A stretch of DNA of 64,000 nt from Clostridium sp. CAG:967. GTDB lineage: Bacteria; Cyanobacteriota; Vampirovibrionia; Gastranaerophilales; Gastranaerophilaceae. Position numbers and translations under genes: made by a program. The stretch spans positions 17,022 through 81,021 of the forward strand of contig HF991463.1 in the NCBI GenBank assembly GCA_000433095.1, given 5' to 3'. Below the pieces are notes generated by a model. The model searched no databases, was not told the origin of the DNA, and saw only the letters and a program-made list of their open reading frames with translations. The number at the start of each line of letters is the position of its first letter. Position 1 is the first letter of the stretch. Below are positions 20,699 through 28,782 of this stretch, in pieces.

Positions 20699-21907
20699 AT
20701 GGCACGTGAAAAGTTTGAAAGAACCAAACCGCACGTTAACGTAGGTACAGTAGGACACGTTGACCACGGTAAAACAACATTAACAGCAGCTATTACAGGC
20801 GTTATGGCTGCAGCTGGCGGAGCTCAAGCTAAAAAATTCGATGAAATCGATGCAGCTCCGGAAGAAAGAGCAAGAGGTATAACCATCTCTACAGCTCACG
20901 TAGAATACGAAACAGAAGCAAGACACTATGCTCACGTTGACTGCCCGGGCCACGCAGACTATGTTAAAAACATGATTACAGGTGCAGCTCAAATGGACGG
21001 CGCTATTCTTGTAGTAGCAGCAACTGACGGTGCTATGCCTCAAACTCGTGAACACATCTTGCTTGCTCGTCAAGTTGGTGTTCCTAACCTTGTTGTATTC
21101 TTAAACAAATGTGATATGGTTGACGATCCTGAATTATTAGAACTTGTTGAAATGGAAGTTAGAGAAATCTTAAGTTCTTATGAATTCGACGGCGACAATA
21201 TTCCGTTCGTTCACGGTTCAGCTTTAAAAGCTTTAGAAGCAGTTCAAGCTAACCCTTCAATTAAACGTGGCGAAGATAAATGGGTTGATAAAATTTGGGA
21301 ATTGATGGATGCTATCGATTCTTACTTCCCAACTCCTGAACGTGACTTAGACAAACCGTTCTTGATGCCTGTAGAAGACGTATTCTCTATTACCGGTCGT
21401 GGTACTGTTGCAACAGGTAGAGTTGAACGTGGTATTGTTAAAGTTGGTGACGAAGTTGAATTGGTTGGCTTAGGCGAAACTAAGAAAACAACTGTAACAG
21501 GTGTTGAAATGTTTAGAAAACAACTTGATCAAGGTCAAGCTGGTGACAACATCGGTGCTTTATTACGTGGTGTTGATAAAACTGAAATCCAACGTGGTCA
21601 AGTACTTGCTAAACCTGGTTCAATTAAACCGCACACTAAATTTACAGCTAACGTTTATGTATTGACTAAAGAAGAAGGCGGACGTCATACTCCATTCTTC
21701 CCTGGTTACAGACCTCAGTTCTACATCAGAACTACTGACGTTACTGGTTCAATTAAATTCGAAGGTCAAATGGTAATGCCTGGTGATAACGTAGTTATGG
21801 AAGTTGAACTTATCGCTCCTGTAGCTATCGAAGAAGGTATGAGATTTGCGATTCGTGAAGGCGGCCACACAGTTGGTGCCGGTGTTGTTGACAAAATTAT
21901 TGAATAA
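20699..21907 (+). CDS. tuf: Elongation factor Tu
   Basis: 402 aa; [22 protein letters not shown] GTPase motifs; full-length EF-Tu. Confidence 0.98.
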   Translation: MAREKFERTKPHVNVGTVGHVDHGKTTLTAAITGVMAAAGGAQAKKFDEIDAAPEERARGITISTAHVEYETEARHYAHVDCPGHADYVKNMITGAAQMDGAILVVAATDGAMPQTREHILLARQVGVPNLVVFLNKCDMVDDPELLELVEMEVREILSSYEFDGDNIPFVHGSALKALEAVQANPSIKRGEDKWVDKIWELMDAIDSYFPTPERDLDKPFLMPVEDVFSITGRGTVATGRVERGIVKVGDEVELVGLGETKKTTVTGVEMFRKQLDQGQAGDNIGALLRGVDKTEIQRGQVLAKPGSIKPHTKFTANVYVLTKEEGGRHTPFFPGYRPQFYIRTTDVTGSIKFEGQMVMPGDNVVMEVELIAPVAIEEGMRFAIREGGHTVGAGVVDKIIE

Positions 21908-21930
21908 TTTTAACAACATTATCATATTTA

Positions 21931-21963
21931 AAAAGAGCCCTGAGAAATCAAGGCTCTTTTTTT
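21931..21963 (+). terminator. Rho-independent terminator after tuf
   Basis: AAAAGAGCCCTGAGAAATCAAGGCTCTTTTTTT. Confidence 0.8.
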
Positions 21964-21971
21964 AATATCAT

Positions 21972-21998
21972 AAAAGCGGTAATGAATACCGCTTTTTT
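21972..21998. terminator. Second hairpin terminator (likely serves the minus-strand genes downstream)
   Basis: AAAAGCGGTAATGAATACCGCTTTTTT. Confidence 0.65.
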
Positions 21999-22044
21999 AA
22001 ACCCCTATAAATTTTGTACCTTTTCCCAAAATAATTGACCTTAA

Positions 22045-22207
22045 CCTATTTCGCCATTTGAAGTGATGCGAACTTGTTATTTTCTTTTGATTTTTGTAAA
22101 TATTTAACAAGTGATTTTGCAACAAGTTCAGAACGTTTTTTGTTTTCTTTGTCTAAAATCTCAAAATATTCGTCTAGTGATGACATAATGTATTCTGTAT
22201 TTTCCAT
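22045..22207 (-). CDS. Small hypothetical protein (53 aa), not in the ORF track
   Basis: Hand translation MENTEYIMSSLDEYFEILDKENKKRSELVAKSLVKYLQKSKENNKFASLQMAK; lies 31 nt downstream of the RHH gene on the same strand. Confidence 0.3.
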
Positions 22208-22238
22208 TTCTTTGACCTTTCCCCTAACTTTTGTTTTT

Positions 22239-22427
22239 TTATCCGAGTAATGCTTCTAAAATTTCAGCATTTTTGTTGGCTTTTTTAGTATTTCTGAGTT
22301 GATTTCTGTACATATAAGTTCTAAGAGCTTCTCTGATTAATTCAGATCTTGTGCGATTTTCGTTTCCTGCTACTTGATCAATTTCGTCTAAAAATCTTTC
22401 AGGCATTGATATTAACACTCTAGCCAT
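22239..22427 (-). CDS. Ribbon-helix-helix (CopG/antitoxin-like) DNA-binding protein
   Basis: 62 aa; MARVLISMPERFLDEIDQVAGNENRTRSELIREALRTYM is a typical RHH beta-strand plus two helices. Confidence 0.65.
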   Translation of the reverse strand: MARVLISMPERFLDEIDQVAGNENRTRSELIREALRTYMYRNQLRNTKKANKNAEILEALLG

Positions 22428-22556
22428 ATTTTTCTCCTTTTTAAGTATTCCCTTTGTAATTCCCCTTGTACTTATATAAAGGAAATTATTAATTAAAAAT
22501 TGCGTAATGTGTATATATTTTGTATTAACTTCTTAACAAAAGTTAATATACTTTGC

Positions 22557-23267
22557 CTAAAACCTTCTTACGTAGTAGTTTTTGTCTTGCTTGAGCTCCT
22601 CTCTAATTTTTAAAAGTTCATCATTTTGGAAATTTTTAGTGAGAATTTTTGCAGTCTTTTCTCTTATAGTATATTCATTTATATTTTTGGTTTTTGCAAG
22701 TAATCTTGCAAGTTTTATCTCAGAAATAAACTCTGAGAATTCGTATATAGTTTCAAGATACCAGTAGAGTTTAAATATTTCTTTGTTAACCTTATATTTG
22801 CCGTCTTGAATATCAAATTTACTTACTATGTCAGCTAAATTATCGGTTTTTTCTATTAATTTGCAGCAGAATTCTTCACAAAATTTATTGTCGTTTTTCA
22901 AATACTTAATGGCAGATATAGTATTTCTGCATATGTTACCGTTAATATCTATAACAGCATCAAGAAACTTATCAGCATGTTTAGTAAAAAAATCAGGGGT
23001 TTTAGCAGTAAATTCTTGAAGTCTGAATGACACTGCTTCTCTGATTTTTCCATCGCAGCCCGTAAGATTAGACATAAAAATATCTGCTTCAATGGTTGAA
23101 TTTATGGTGTCTAATTTTAAAGCTGAAATTTGCTTTTCAACTATAGAACCGTTTTCAAGCAGTTTTATCAAATCTTCATGTGAATAATCATTTTCATAAA
23201 TATTCAAAGCTGTATTAAAATCCTGTTTGTGTTTTTGGTTCAAAACTTCTAAACTATCAGTGTTCAA
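22557..23267 (-). CDS. Hypothetical protein
   Basis: 236-aa ORF with good coding texture; no motif recognised. Confidence 0.4.
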   Translation of the reverse strand: MNTDSLEVLNQKHKQDFNTALNIYENDYSHEDLIKLLENGSIVEKQISALKLDTINSTIEADIFMSNLTGCDGKIREAVSFRLQEFTAKTPDFFTKHADKFLDAVIDINGNICRNTISAIKYLKNDNKFCEEFCCKLIEKTDNLADIVSKFDIQDGKYKVNKEIFKLYWYLETIYEFSEFISEIKLARLLAKTKNINEYTIREKTAKILTKNFQNDELLKIREELKQDKNYYVRRF

Positions 23268-23392
23268 ATTTTACTCCTAAGCTCGTTATATCAATAATAT
23301 AACATAAACTACAATGATTTTTCGAGGGAAAATAGTTTTAATATATGATATAATTTATAGAATGTAGTCTATAATATATTCAGGAGATAAAT

Positions 23393-23572
23393 ATGAAAGA
23401 AATAATAGCATTTTTTAAAGATATTTTTATGATAAGTGACCAGAATTCAAAAATGAAAGTCGGATTATCCCAATTTAAAGAAGAAGAACCTGAGGAAAAG
23501 AAGCCTGTAAAAAAAGTTCAAAAAATCCAAAAAGAGGTAAAATTATCTGATTTAATGAGAAGAAGTGCTTAA
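23393..23572 (+). CDS. Small hypothetical K/E-rich protein (59 aa), not in the ORF track
   Basis: RBS CAGGAGATAAATATG; MKEIIAFFKDIFMISDQNSKMKVGLSQFKEEEPEEKKPVKKVQKIQKEVKLSDLMRRSA. Confidence 0.3.
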   Translation: MKEIIAFFKDIFMISDQNSKMKVGLSQFKEEEPEEKKPVKKVQKIQKEVKLSDLMRRSA

Positions 23573-23720
23573 GCATTCTTGAAATGCTCTTCCAAAAATG
23601 TTATAATTATAACATATTGAAAGAAGGCACCAGCGTAGCCGCCGGATCTGCCACAAGGGTTTTGCATAATTATTAAAAAATTCTAGAAAGGAGCGATTTA
23701 TGAAAAGATTTATTAATTTC

Positions 23721-23730
23721 GGGGGGGGGG
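23721..23730. repeat. Homopolymeric G10 tract, intergenic, upstream of the pilin-like gene
   Basis: ...TTAATTTC GGGGGGGGGG CAACCG... Confidence 0.9.
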
Positions 23731-23766
23731 CAACCGTTTAAGCTCCTATAAAGCGTTTTGCAAGGG

Positions 23767-23794
23767 TTGTAAAAATATAAAAATCTGTTATAAT
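23767..23794 (+). promoter_or_regulatory. Candidate sigma70-type promoter for the pilin-like gene
   Basis: TTGTAA-N16-TATAAT (23767-23772 and 23789-23794); prediction by eye only. Confidence 0.35.
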
Positions 23795-23830
23795 AGTGAT
23801 ATGTTGCATCACAATCATGGTGGGATTTTT

Positions 23831-24553
23831 ATGAAGAGAAAATTTGCTTTTACCCTTGCAGAGGACACTACGTGCGTAGCCATGTCGAAAGATTATCGTA
23901 AAGCTGCGTTTACCCTGGCAGAGGTTCTTGTCACACTCGGTATAATCGGCATTGTAGCAGCTATGACAATGCCTGTCTTAATAGCTAATCATCAGAAAAA
24001 AGAAACAGTTGCAAAGTTAAAGAAAGCCTATAGCATCCTTCAGCAGGCAACTATTTTTGCAAAACAAGAATATGGCGAGGTTAATGATTGGGATTATTCA
24101 GATCCTTATGAATTCGGGCAAAAATACTTTAAACCATATTTAAAAGTCATAGTAGACACTCAAAAAGAAATTTATTCCTGGACTGATTTAACAGGAAATT
24201 CACATTCCTATAGTACCTGGCCAACACTTATTCTGGCAGATGGAACATATATTTTTATTTATTTGGCTGATCCAGGTTATCCGGTAAATTTTCACATTGG
24301 TGTTGACATAAACGGAAAACAGAAACCTAATAAATTAGGTAGAGATTTGTTTCTTTTTACATATTATAAGAATGCTCTAAGGACATATTCTCAATATGAA
24401 ACAGGGATGCCTAATCGAAATAATGTTGTATATCCCGGAACAAGCGGGCAGTGTAATGTAGATGCGCAAGGGGGTGTAATGGGACCCGGTTCATATTGTT
24501 CTACTCTTATTGAAATGGACGGTTGGGAAATAAAAGATGATTACCCCTGGTAG
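23831..24553 (+). CDS. Prepilin-type N-terminal cleavage/methylation-domain protein (type IV pilin or pseudopilin-like); alternative starts at 23801 and 23882
   Basis: The FTLAEVLVTLGIIGIVAAM class III signal/hydrophobic segment occurs after a duplicated RK(F/A)AFTLAE leader element; GGTGG is 9 nt upstream of the ATG at 23831. Confidence 0.6.
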   Translation: MKRKFAFTLAEDTTCVAMSKDYRKAAFTLAEVLVTLGIIGIVAAMTMPVLIANHQKKETVAKLKKAYSILQQATIFAKQEYGEVNDWDYSDPYEFGQKYFKPYLKVIVDTQKEIYSWTDLTGNSHSYSTWPTLILADGTYIFIYLADPGYPVNFHIGVDINGKQKPNKLGRDLFLFTYYKNALRTYSQYETGMPNRNNVVYPGTSGQCNVDAQGGVMGPGSYCSTLIEMDGWEIKDDYPW

Positions 24554-24560
24554 TTAGTAA

Positions 24561-25139
24561 TCAATATTCTATCCCTTTTCTTGCGACAATTCCTGTGTCC
24601 CAGTAATGCTTTACGGGCTTTATTTCAGAAACAAGATGTGCCAGTTCTATTATTTTCGGATTGGCATTTCTGCCTGTCAGAACAATTTCCATTTCTTCAG
24701 GTTTATTTTTTAATGTTTCAGCCACTTCATCCACATCAATAAATCCTAAATCTATAGCTACATTTGCTTCATCAAGAATTATAAGATTGTATTCGTCATT
24801 TTGGATAGCTTTTTTAGCAAGCTCCCAGCCTTTTTTAATTTCTTTTTCGTCTTCGGGGGTTTTGTTATCAGAATATACAATTCTATCTAAGCCTGCTTGA
24901 ACAATGTTTAAATTTTTAGAAATTTCAGGCGAAAGATTTCTGAAAGAATTAAGTTCCCCATAGTCATCGCCGCCTTTCAAAAACATTACAATAAGGACTT
25001 TCCAGCATCTTCCGAGAGCTCTCATTGCAAGCCCTAATGAAGCAGTTGTTTTTCCCTTGCCGTTGCCTGTGTATACTTGAATATAACCATGTTTTGCCCA
25101 GTTAGGGTTTATAAGATTATTGCTGCACATATCTGACAT
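24561..25139 (-). CDS. cobO: Cob(I)alamin adenosyltransferase (CobO/BtuR family), copy 2
   Basis: 192 aa; YTGNGKGKTTASLGLAMRALGRCWKVLIVMFLKGG; about 55% identical by eye to the copy at 14019..14552. Confidence 0.8.
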   Translation of the reverse strand: MSDMCSNNLINPNWAKHGYIQVYTGNGKGKTTASLGLAMRALGRCWKVLIVMFLKGGDDYGELNSFRNLSPEISKNLNIVQAGLDRIVYSDNKTPEDEKEIKKGWELAKKAIQNDEYNLIILDEANVAIDLGFIDVDEVAETLKNKPEEMEIVLTGRNANPKIIELAHLVSEIKPVKHYWDTGIVARKGIEY

Positions 25140-25186
25140 TGTTTATGCCCCTCTTTTATACAATATGTTTATTATATACTAAAATT

Positions 25187-25699
25187 ATGGATAAGAAAAC
25201 CGACTTGAGGATTAGAGCGAAAGCTCTGCGAAAAGAGCTTGACATATCAGCAATAAGTTCAAATATTGTTAAAGAAATAAGGAAACAGCAATATTATATT
25301 AATGCAAAAAATGTTCTGTTGTTCTATCCGATGAAGTATGAAATTGATTTACGTGACTTGTTAAATGATGATAAAAATTTTTATCTGCCAAAAGTTAATC
25401 AGGACAAATTATATGTTTGTCCTTTCAAAAAAGGTGATAAGCTTGAGCAGTCTGATTTTAAGGTAGAAGAACCCTGCAGCAATCCCGTAAGCCCCAAAAT
25501 TTTGGATTTGGTTTTTGTTCCTGCTCTTGCCGCTGATTATGAGAATTATCGTTTAGGTTACGGCGGAGGATTTTACGACAGGTTTTTAGCCGAATATAAT
25601 AATTTTGTATCGGTAACCCCTATTGCTAAAGAGTTGTGTGTTGAGAAACTGCCCCGTGAAAGTTTTGATATAAAAACGGATTACATACTCAGTGTGTAG
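25187..25699 (+). CDS. 5-formyltetrahydrofolate cyclo-ligase
   Basis: Signature GYGGGFYDRFL near the C-terminus; the ATG at 25187 (MDKKTDLRIRAKALRKEL) is preferred over the track start at 25139. Confidence 0.8.
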   Translation: MDKKTDLRIRAKALRKELDISAISSNIVKEIRKQQYYINAKNVLLFYPMKYEIDLRDLLNDDKNFYLPKVNQDKLYVCPFKKGDKLEQSDFKVEEPCSNPVSPKILDLVFVPALAADYENYRLGYGGGFYDRFLAEYNNFVSVTPIAKELCVEKLPRESFDIKTDYILSV

Positions 25700-25807
25700 T
25701 AAAATGTTTGTAATATTGTAAAGTGGCTAAATTTTAAAAAGGAGTTCACGATAAGTGAACTCCTTACAGGTTAGTTAAGGATAGGATATTATAGGTAAAA
25801 CTTGTTT

Positions 25808-26329
25808 TTAAGCTGTGTATTCAGGTTTCCATTGCTTAATAGCGGCATCTTCACCCTGTTTGCAAGCTTCAAGTTCTTGATCAAGAAGTTTTAATTGGGT
25901 TTCAAGTTTTGCTTTTTCTGCCTGAATTTGTTTTTCTTGTTCGTTAAGCAGTTTGGTTTCTTGTTTACCCATTCTTTCACGTTCCTGGTCATAAAGACTC
26001 TTGAAGATCCATTGCTGATACATCGCTTGATAATTAGGATCTTGCATTTGCTGCATTTGCATAGCAATCTGCGGCTGCATCATAGCCATTTTTTGTTGCG
26101 CACCGAACAAAGCTCCGTTATGAGCATATTGCATATACATCATTTGACGACCGAACATTGAACTTGGAGTGTTCATCATATCGCTCATAGAAACTGAACC
26201 GTCTGCTATGTTCGCTGCATATTGCTGCAAATCGGATAACTTTCTGGTCAAGTTCATCAAACGATAATTCAAATCGTTCTTACGATGCATAATGTCTAAT
26301 TTTCGGTATGCGAAAATCAATAGAGACAT
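25808..26329 (-). CDS. Hypothetical Met/Gln-rich coiled-coil protein
   Basis: 173 aa; low-complexity M/Q stretch (MAMMQPQIAMQMQQMQDPNYQAMYQQW) then an E/K/Q coiled coil. Confidence 0.4.
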   Translation of the reverse strand: MSLLIFAYRKLDIMHRKNDLNYRLMNLTRKLSDLQQYAANIADGSVSMSDMMNTPSSMFGRQMMYMQYAHNGALFGAQQKMAMMQPQIAMQMQQMQDPNYQAMYQQWIFKSLYDQERERMGKQETKLLNEQEKQIQAEKAKLETQLKLLDQELEACKQGEDAAIKQWKPEYTA

Positions 26330-26453
26330 TTTGTTTACTCCTACCTAAATTTTGTAACTAACCTTTGTAACCTTTTAACCTTACAATTATATAAAAACAT
26401 GCAACTCCTAAGAATTGCATGCATTTTCGTCTTTTGTTAAGTTATGTTACAAA

Positions 26454-27068
26454 CTACTTTTCGCCTTTTCTCACAACTTTATCTATAAGTCCGTATTCTA
26501 AAGCTTCTTGAGCAGTTAAGAAGTGGTCACGTTCACAATCTTCTTTAACTTTTTCAATAGGCTGACCTGAATTATTTGCAATAATTTCAATCAACATATC
26601 TTTCATTCTAAGAATTTCTTTAGCTTCGATTTCAATATCGGTAGCCTGTCCCTGAGCTCCGCCTAATGGTTGGTGTATCATTACTCTTGCATTAGGTAAA
26701 GCCATTCTTTTGCCTTTTGCACCTGAGCATAACAGGAAAGCTCCCATTGATGCGGCATCGCCAAGACAGATTGTTGCTACATCAGATTTAATAAGCTGCA
26801 TTGTGTCATAGATTGCCATACCGGCAGTAATTACACCTCCGGGGCTGTTAATATATAACATAATATCTTTTTCTGAATTTTCGCTGTCCAATAAAAGAAG
26901 TTGTGCAACAATTGAGTTTGCTACTTCATCATCAATTTCAGAACCCAAGAATATAATTCTTTCTCTTAATAATCTTGAAAATATGTCAAATGAACGTTCT
27001 CCACGAGAAGATGCTTCAATAACGGTAGGGACGTATCCCATTATTTTCATATAAGTTTCCTGATTCAT
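26454..27068 (-). CDS. clpP: ATP-dependent Clp protease proteolytic subunit
   Basis: 204 aa; [26 protein letters not shown], catalytic [11 protein letters not shown] (Ser), MIHQP (His). Confidence 0.95.
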   Translation of the reverse strand: MNQETYMKIMGYVPTVIEASSRGERSFDIFSRLLRERIIFLGSEIDDEVANSIVAQLLLLDSENSEKDIMLYINSPGGVITAGMAIYDTMQLIKSDVATICLGDAASMGAFLLCSGAKGKRMALPNARVMIHQPLGGAQGQATDIEIEAKEILRMKDMLIEIIANNSGQPIEKVKEDCERDHFLTAQEALEYGLIDKVVRKGEK

Positions 27069-27247
27069 TTTTGCTCTCCTATATAATATATATATTATAG
27101 TATAAAAATAAAATAATTGGAATAAGTATCAGTTTATTGTCTTATTTTAAAGTGTTAACAAATGTAACAAAAAATATACTTCTTGAAATCAGACTTTTTG
27201 AAAATTGTTTATATATATACCAGAACAAAAACAAGAGGACGAGAGAG

Positions 27248-27637
27248 ATGGCAATTTCAAATATTCATGAAACATTGTTACTTTACACAAAACAAAAATC
27301 ATTGATTAATGAAAAATTGTCAACTGTAATGATGGACATGTTAAATTCATCTAAACAGGTTGCTGAAAATCAGGCTAAATATAATGACCAGATGAATGAA
27401 ATTTATTACGGTTATTATGAAGATGATCCTGAAAACTACGAATTGCTGACTGAACAATTACAGCAGGAGCACGAGCTTGAATTAGCAAACTTGAACTCTT
27501 GGGAACAAGAATTAGAGCTTGAAAAAAATAACTTAGAAACTAAATTGAACGAGATTAACACTTTTGAATCAAGCTGGACTAAGTTGTTACAAACAAATAT
27601 CAAGAATGACTTTTCATACGGAGGTGTCCAACAGTAA
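27248..27637 (+). CDS. Hypothetical coiled-coil protein (distant paralog of 25808..26329?)
   Basis: Start at the ATG at 27248, RBS GAGGACGAGAGAG; N-terminal (I/L)x(I/M)H...KxxL(I/N)..KLS(D/T) pattern shared with the divergent gene on the other side of clpP; E/L/N coiled coil. Confidence 0.4.
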   Translation: MAISNIHETLLLYTKQKSLINEKLSTVMMDMLNSSKQVAENQAKYNDQMNEIYYGYYEDDPENYELLTEQLQQEHELELANLNSWEQELELEKNNLETKLNEINTFESSWTKLLQTNIKNDFSYGGVQQ

Positions 27638-27665
27638 GTTAGCACAATTGAATAGCAAATTACTT

Positions 27666-27691
27666 AAAAAGCGGTTAAGACCGCTTTTTTT
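27666..27691 (+). terminator. Rho-independent terminator
   Basis: AAAAAGCGGTTAAGACCGCTTTTTTT. Confidence 0.75.
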
Positions 27692-27707
27692 GTTGTAATA
27701 TAAATAT

Positions 27708-28685
27708 ATGCTTGAAAGTGGTGAAAAACTAGGTGCTTTTATTGTACCAACAGGAATTGGGGCTTCTGTCGGAGGTTATGCGGGAGATGCAAGTCCTTAT
27801 GCTGCAAAATTTTCTGAAGTTTCTAAATTGATTGTAAATCCGAATGTGGTTAATGCAGGTTGTTTTTCTGGTATTAACAGCAATATGTATTATGTTGAAG
27901 GATATTCTCTGGACAGTTTTTTCAAGGGAGAAATAAACATTAAACCATCAATCCGTAACAAAATCGGAGTTGTATTTGATAAGGCAATTCCGGAAGATGT
28001 TTTAAATGTTCATATTAACACAATTAATGCGGTCAAATGTGTATACGGCATAGATGTTATCGGATATGAGATTACAGAAGATAATGTAGGGGTTGAATTT
28101 AAAGTTGAAGAAAATGGTATTTCAACAGGAAGTGTATTAAATGTTGAAACACTGCTTGATGCTTCAAAAAATCTGATACAAAGAGGAGCAGAAGCTGTTG
28201 CACTTGTGTGTTTGTTTGAAGATCCCGAGGATAATAATCCTGATTATGCAAACGGTATTGGAACAGATCCTGTGGGAGGAGTGGAAGCGATTTTATCTCA
28301 TTATATTTCTAAAGAATTACAAATACCTTGTGCGCATTCTCCGGCATTTGCTGATTATCAAATTTATCCGGAGCTTGTTGACGGACGTGCTGCATCTGAA
28401 TATATTACACCGACATTTTTACCCTGCATTCTTATCGGCTTAAGCTGTGCTCCGCAGCTTGTGAAGGATGACGGTATAAGTATAGATGAGCTTGATTATC
28501 TTGTAATGCCTTTTGATGCACTCGGTTCTACCCCTGTGTTTGAGGCTGTTAAAAGGAATATTAAAGTTTTCGCCGTAAAAGAAAACACTACAGCTTTAAA
28601 TATTACTGCTGATAAACTCGCTTCATCAATAATAGAAATGCCTGATTATGCTTCTTGTTTAGATTATATTGTTAACAAATGTTAA
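27708..28685 (+). CDS. Hypothetical protein, DUF3326-like (cyanobacteria/plastid-lineage family) by motif recall
   Basis: 325 aa; N-terminal FIVPTGIGASVGGYAGDASPYA motif; the family assignment is from memory only. Confidence 0.4.
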   Translation: MLESGEKLGAFIVPTGIGASVGGYAGDASPYAAKFSEVSKLIVNPNVVNAGCFSGINSNMYYVEGYSLDSFFKGEINIKPSIRNKIGVVFDKAIPEDVLNVHINTINAVKCVYGIDVIGYEITEDNVGVEFKVEENGISTGSVLNVETLLDASKNLIQRGAEAVALVCLFEDPEDNNPDYANGIGTDPVGGVEAILSHYISKELQIPCAHSPAFADYQIYPELVDGRAASEYITPTFLPCILIGLSCAPQLVKDDGISIDELDYLVMPFDALGSTPVFEAVKRNIKVFAVKENTTALNITADKLASSIIEMPDYASCLDYIVNKC

Positions 28686-28782
28686 TGTAATCCGTTCTTT
28701 TTCTAAAGTTTTTAATAGAATGTTCCGATATTTGAATTATCGACTATTAGGTGTACGTGTGTGATGTAGAAAGGCGGTAAAA

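Noticed and set aside
21969-22238. Possible toxin gene partner of the RHH protein on the other side (upstream, >22427)
   Set aside because: The region 22428-22556 is only 129 nt with no ORF. The only candidate partner is the 53-aa downstream ORF, already listed at low confidence.
23801-23830. Pilin-like gene start at 23801 (MLHHNHGGIF...)
   Set aside because: The predicted -10 element ends at 23794, so a transcript would begin at about 23801. The ATG at 23831, with GGTGG 9 nt upstream, is the more plausible start. The second in-frame ATG at 23882 is kept as an alternative.
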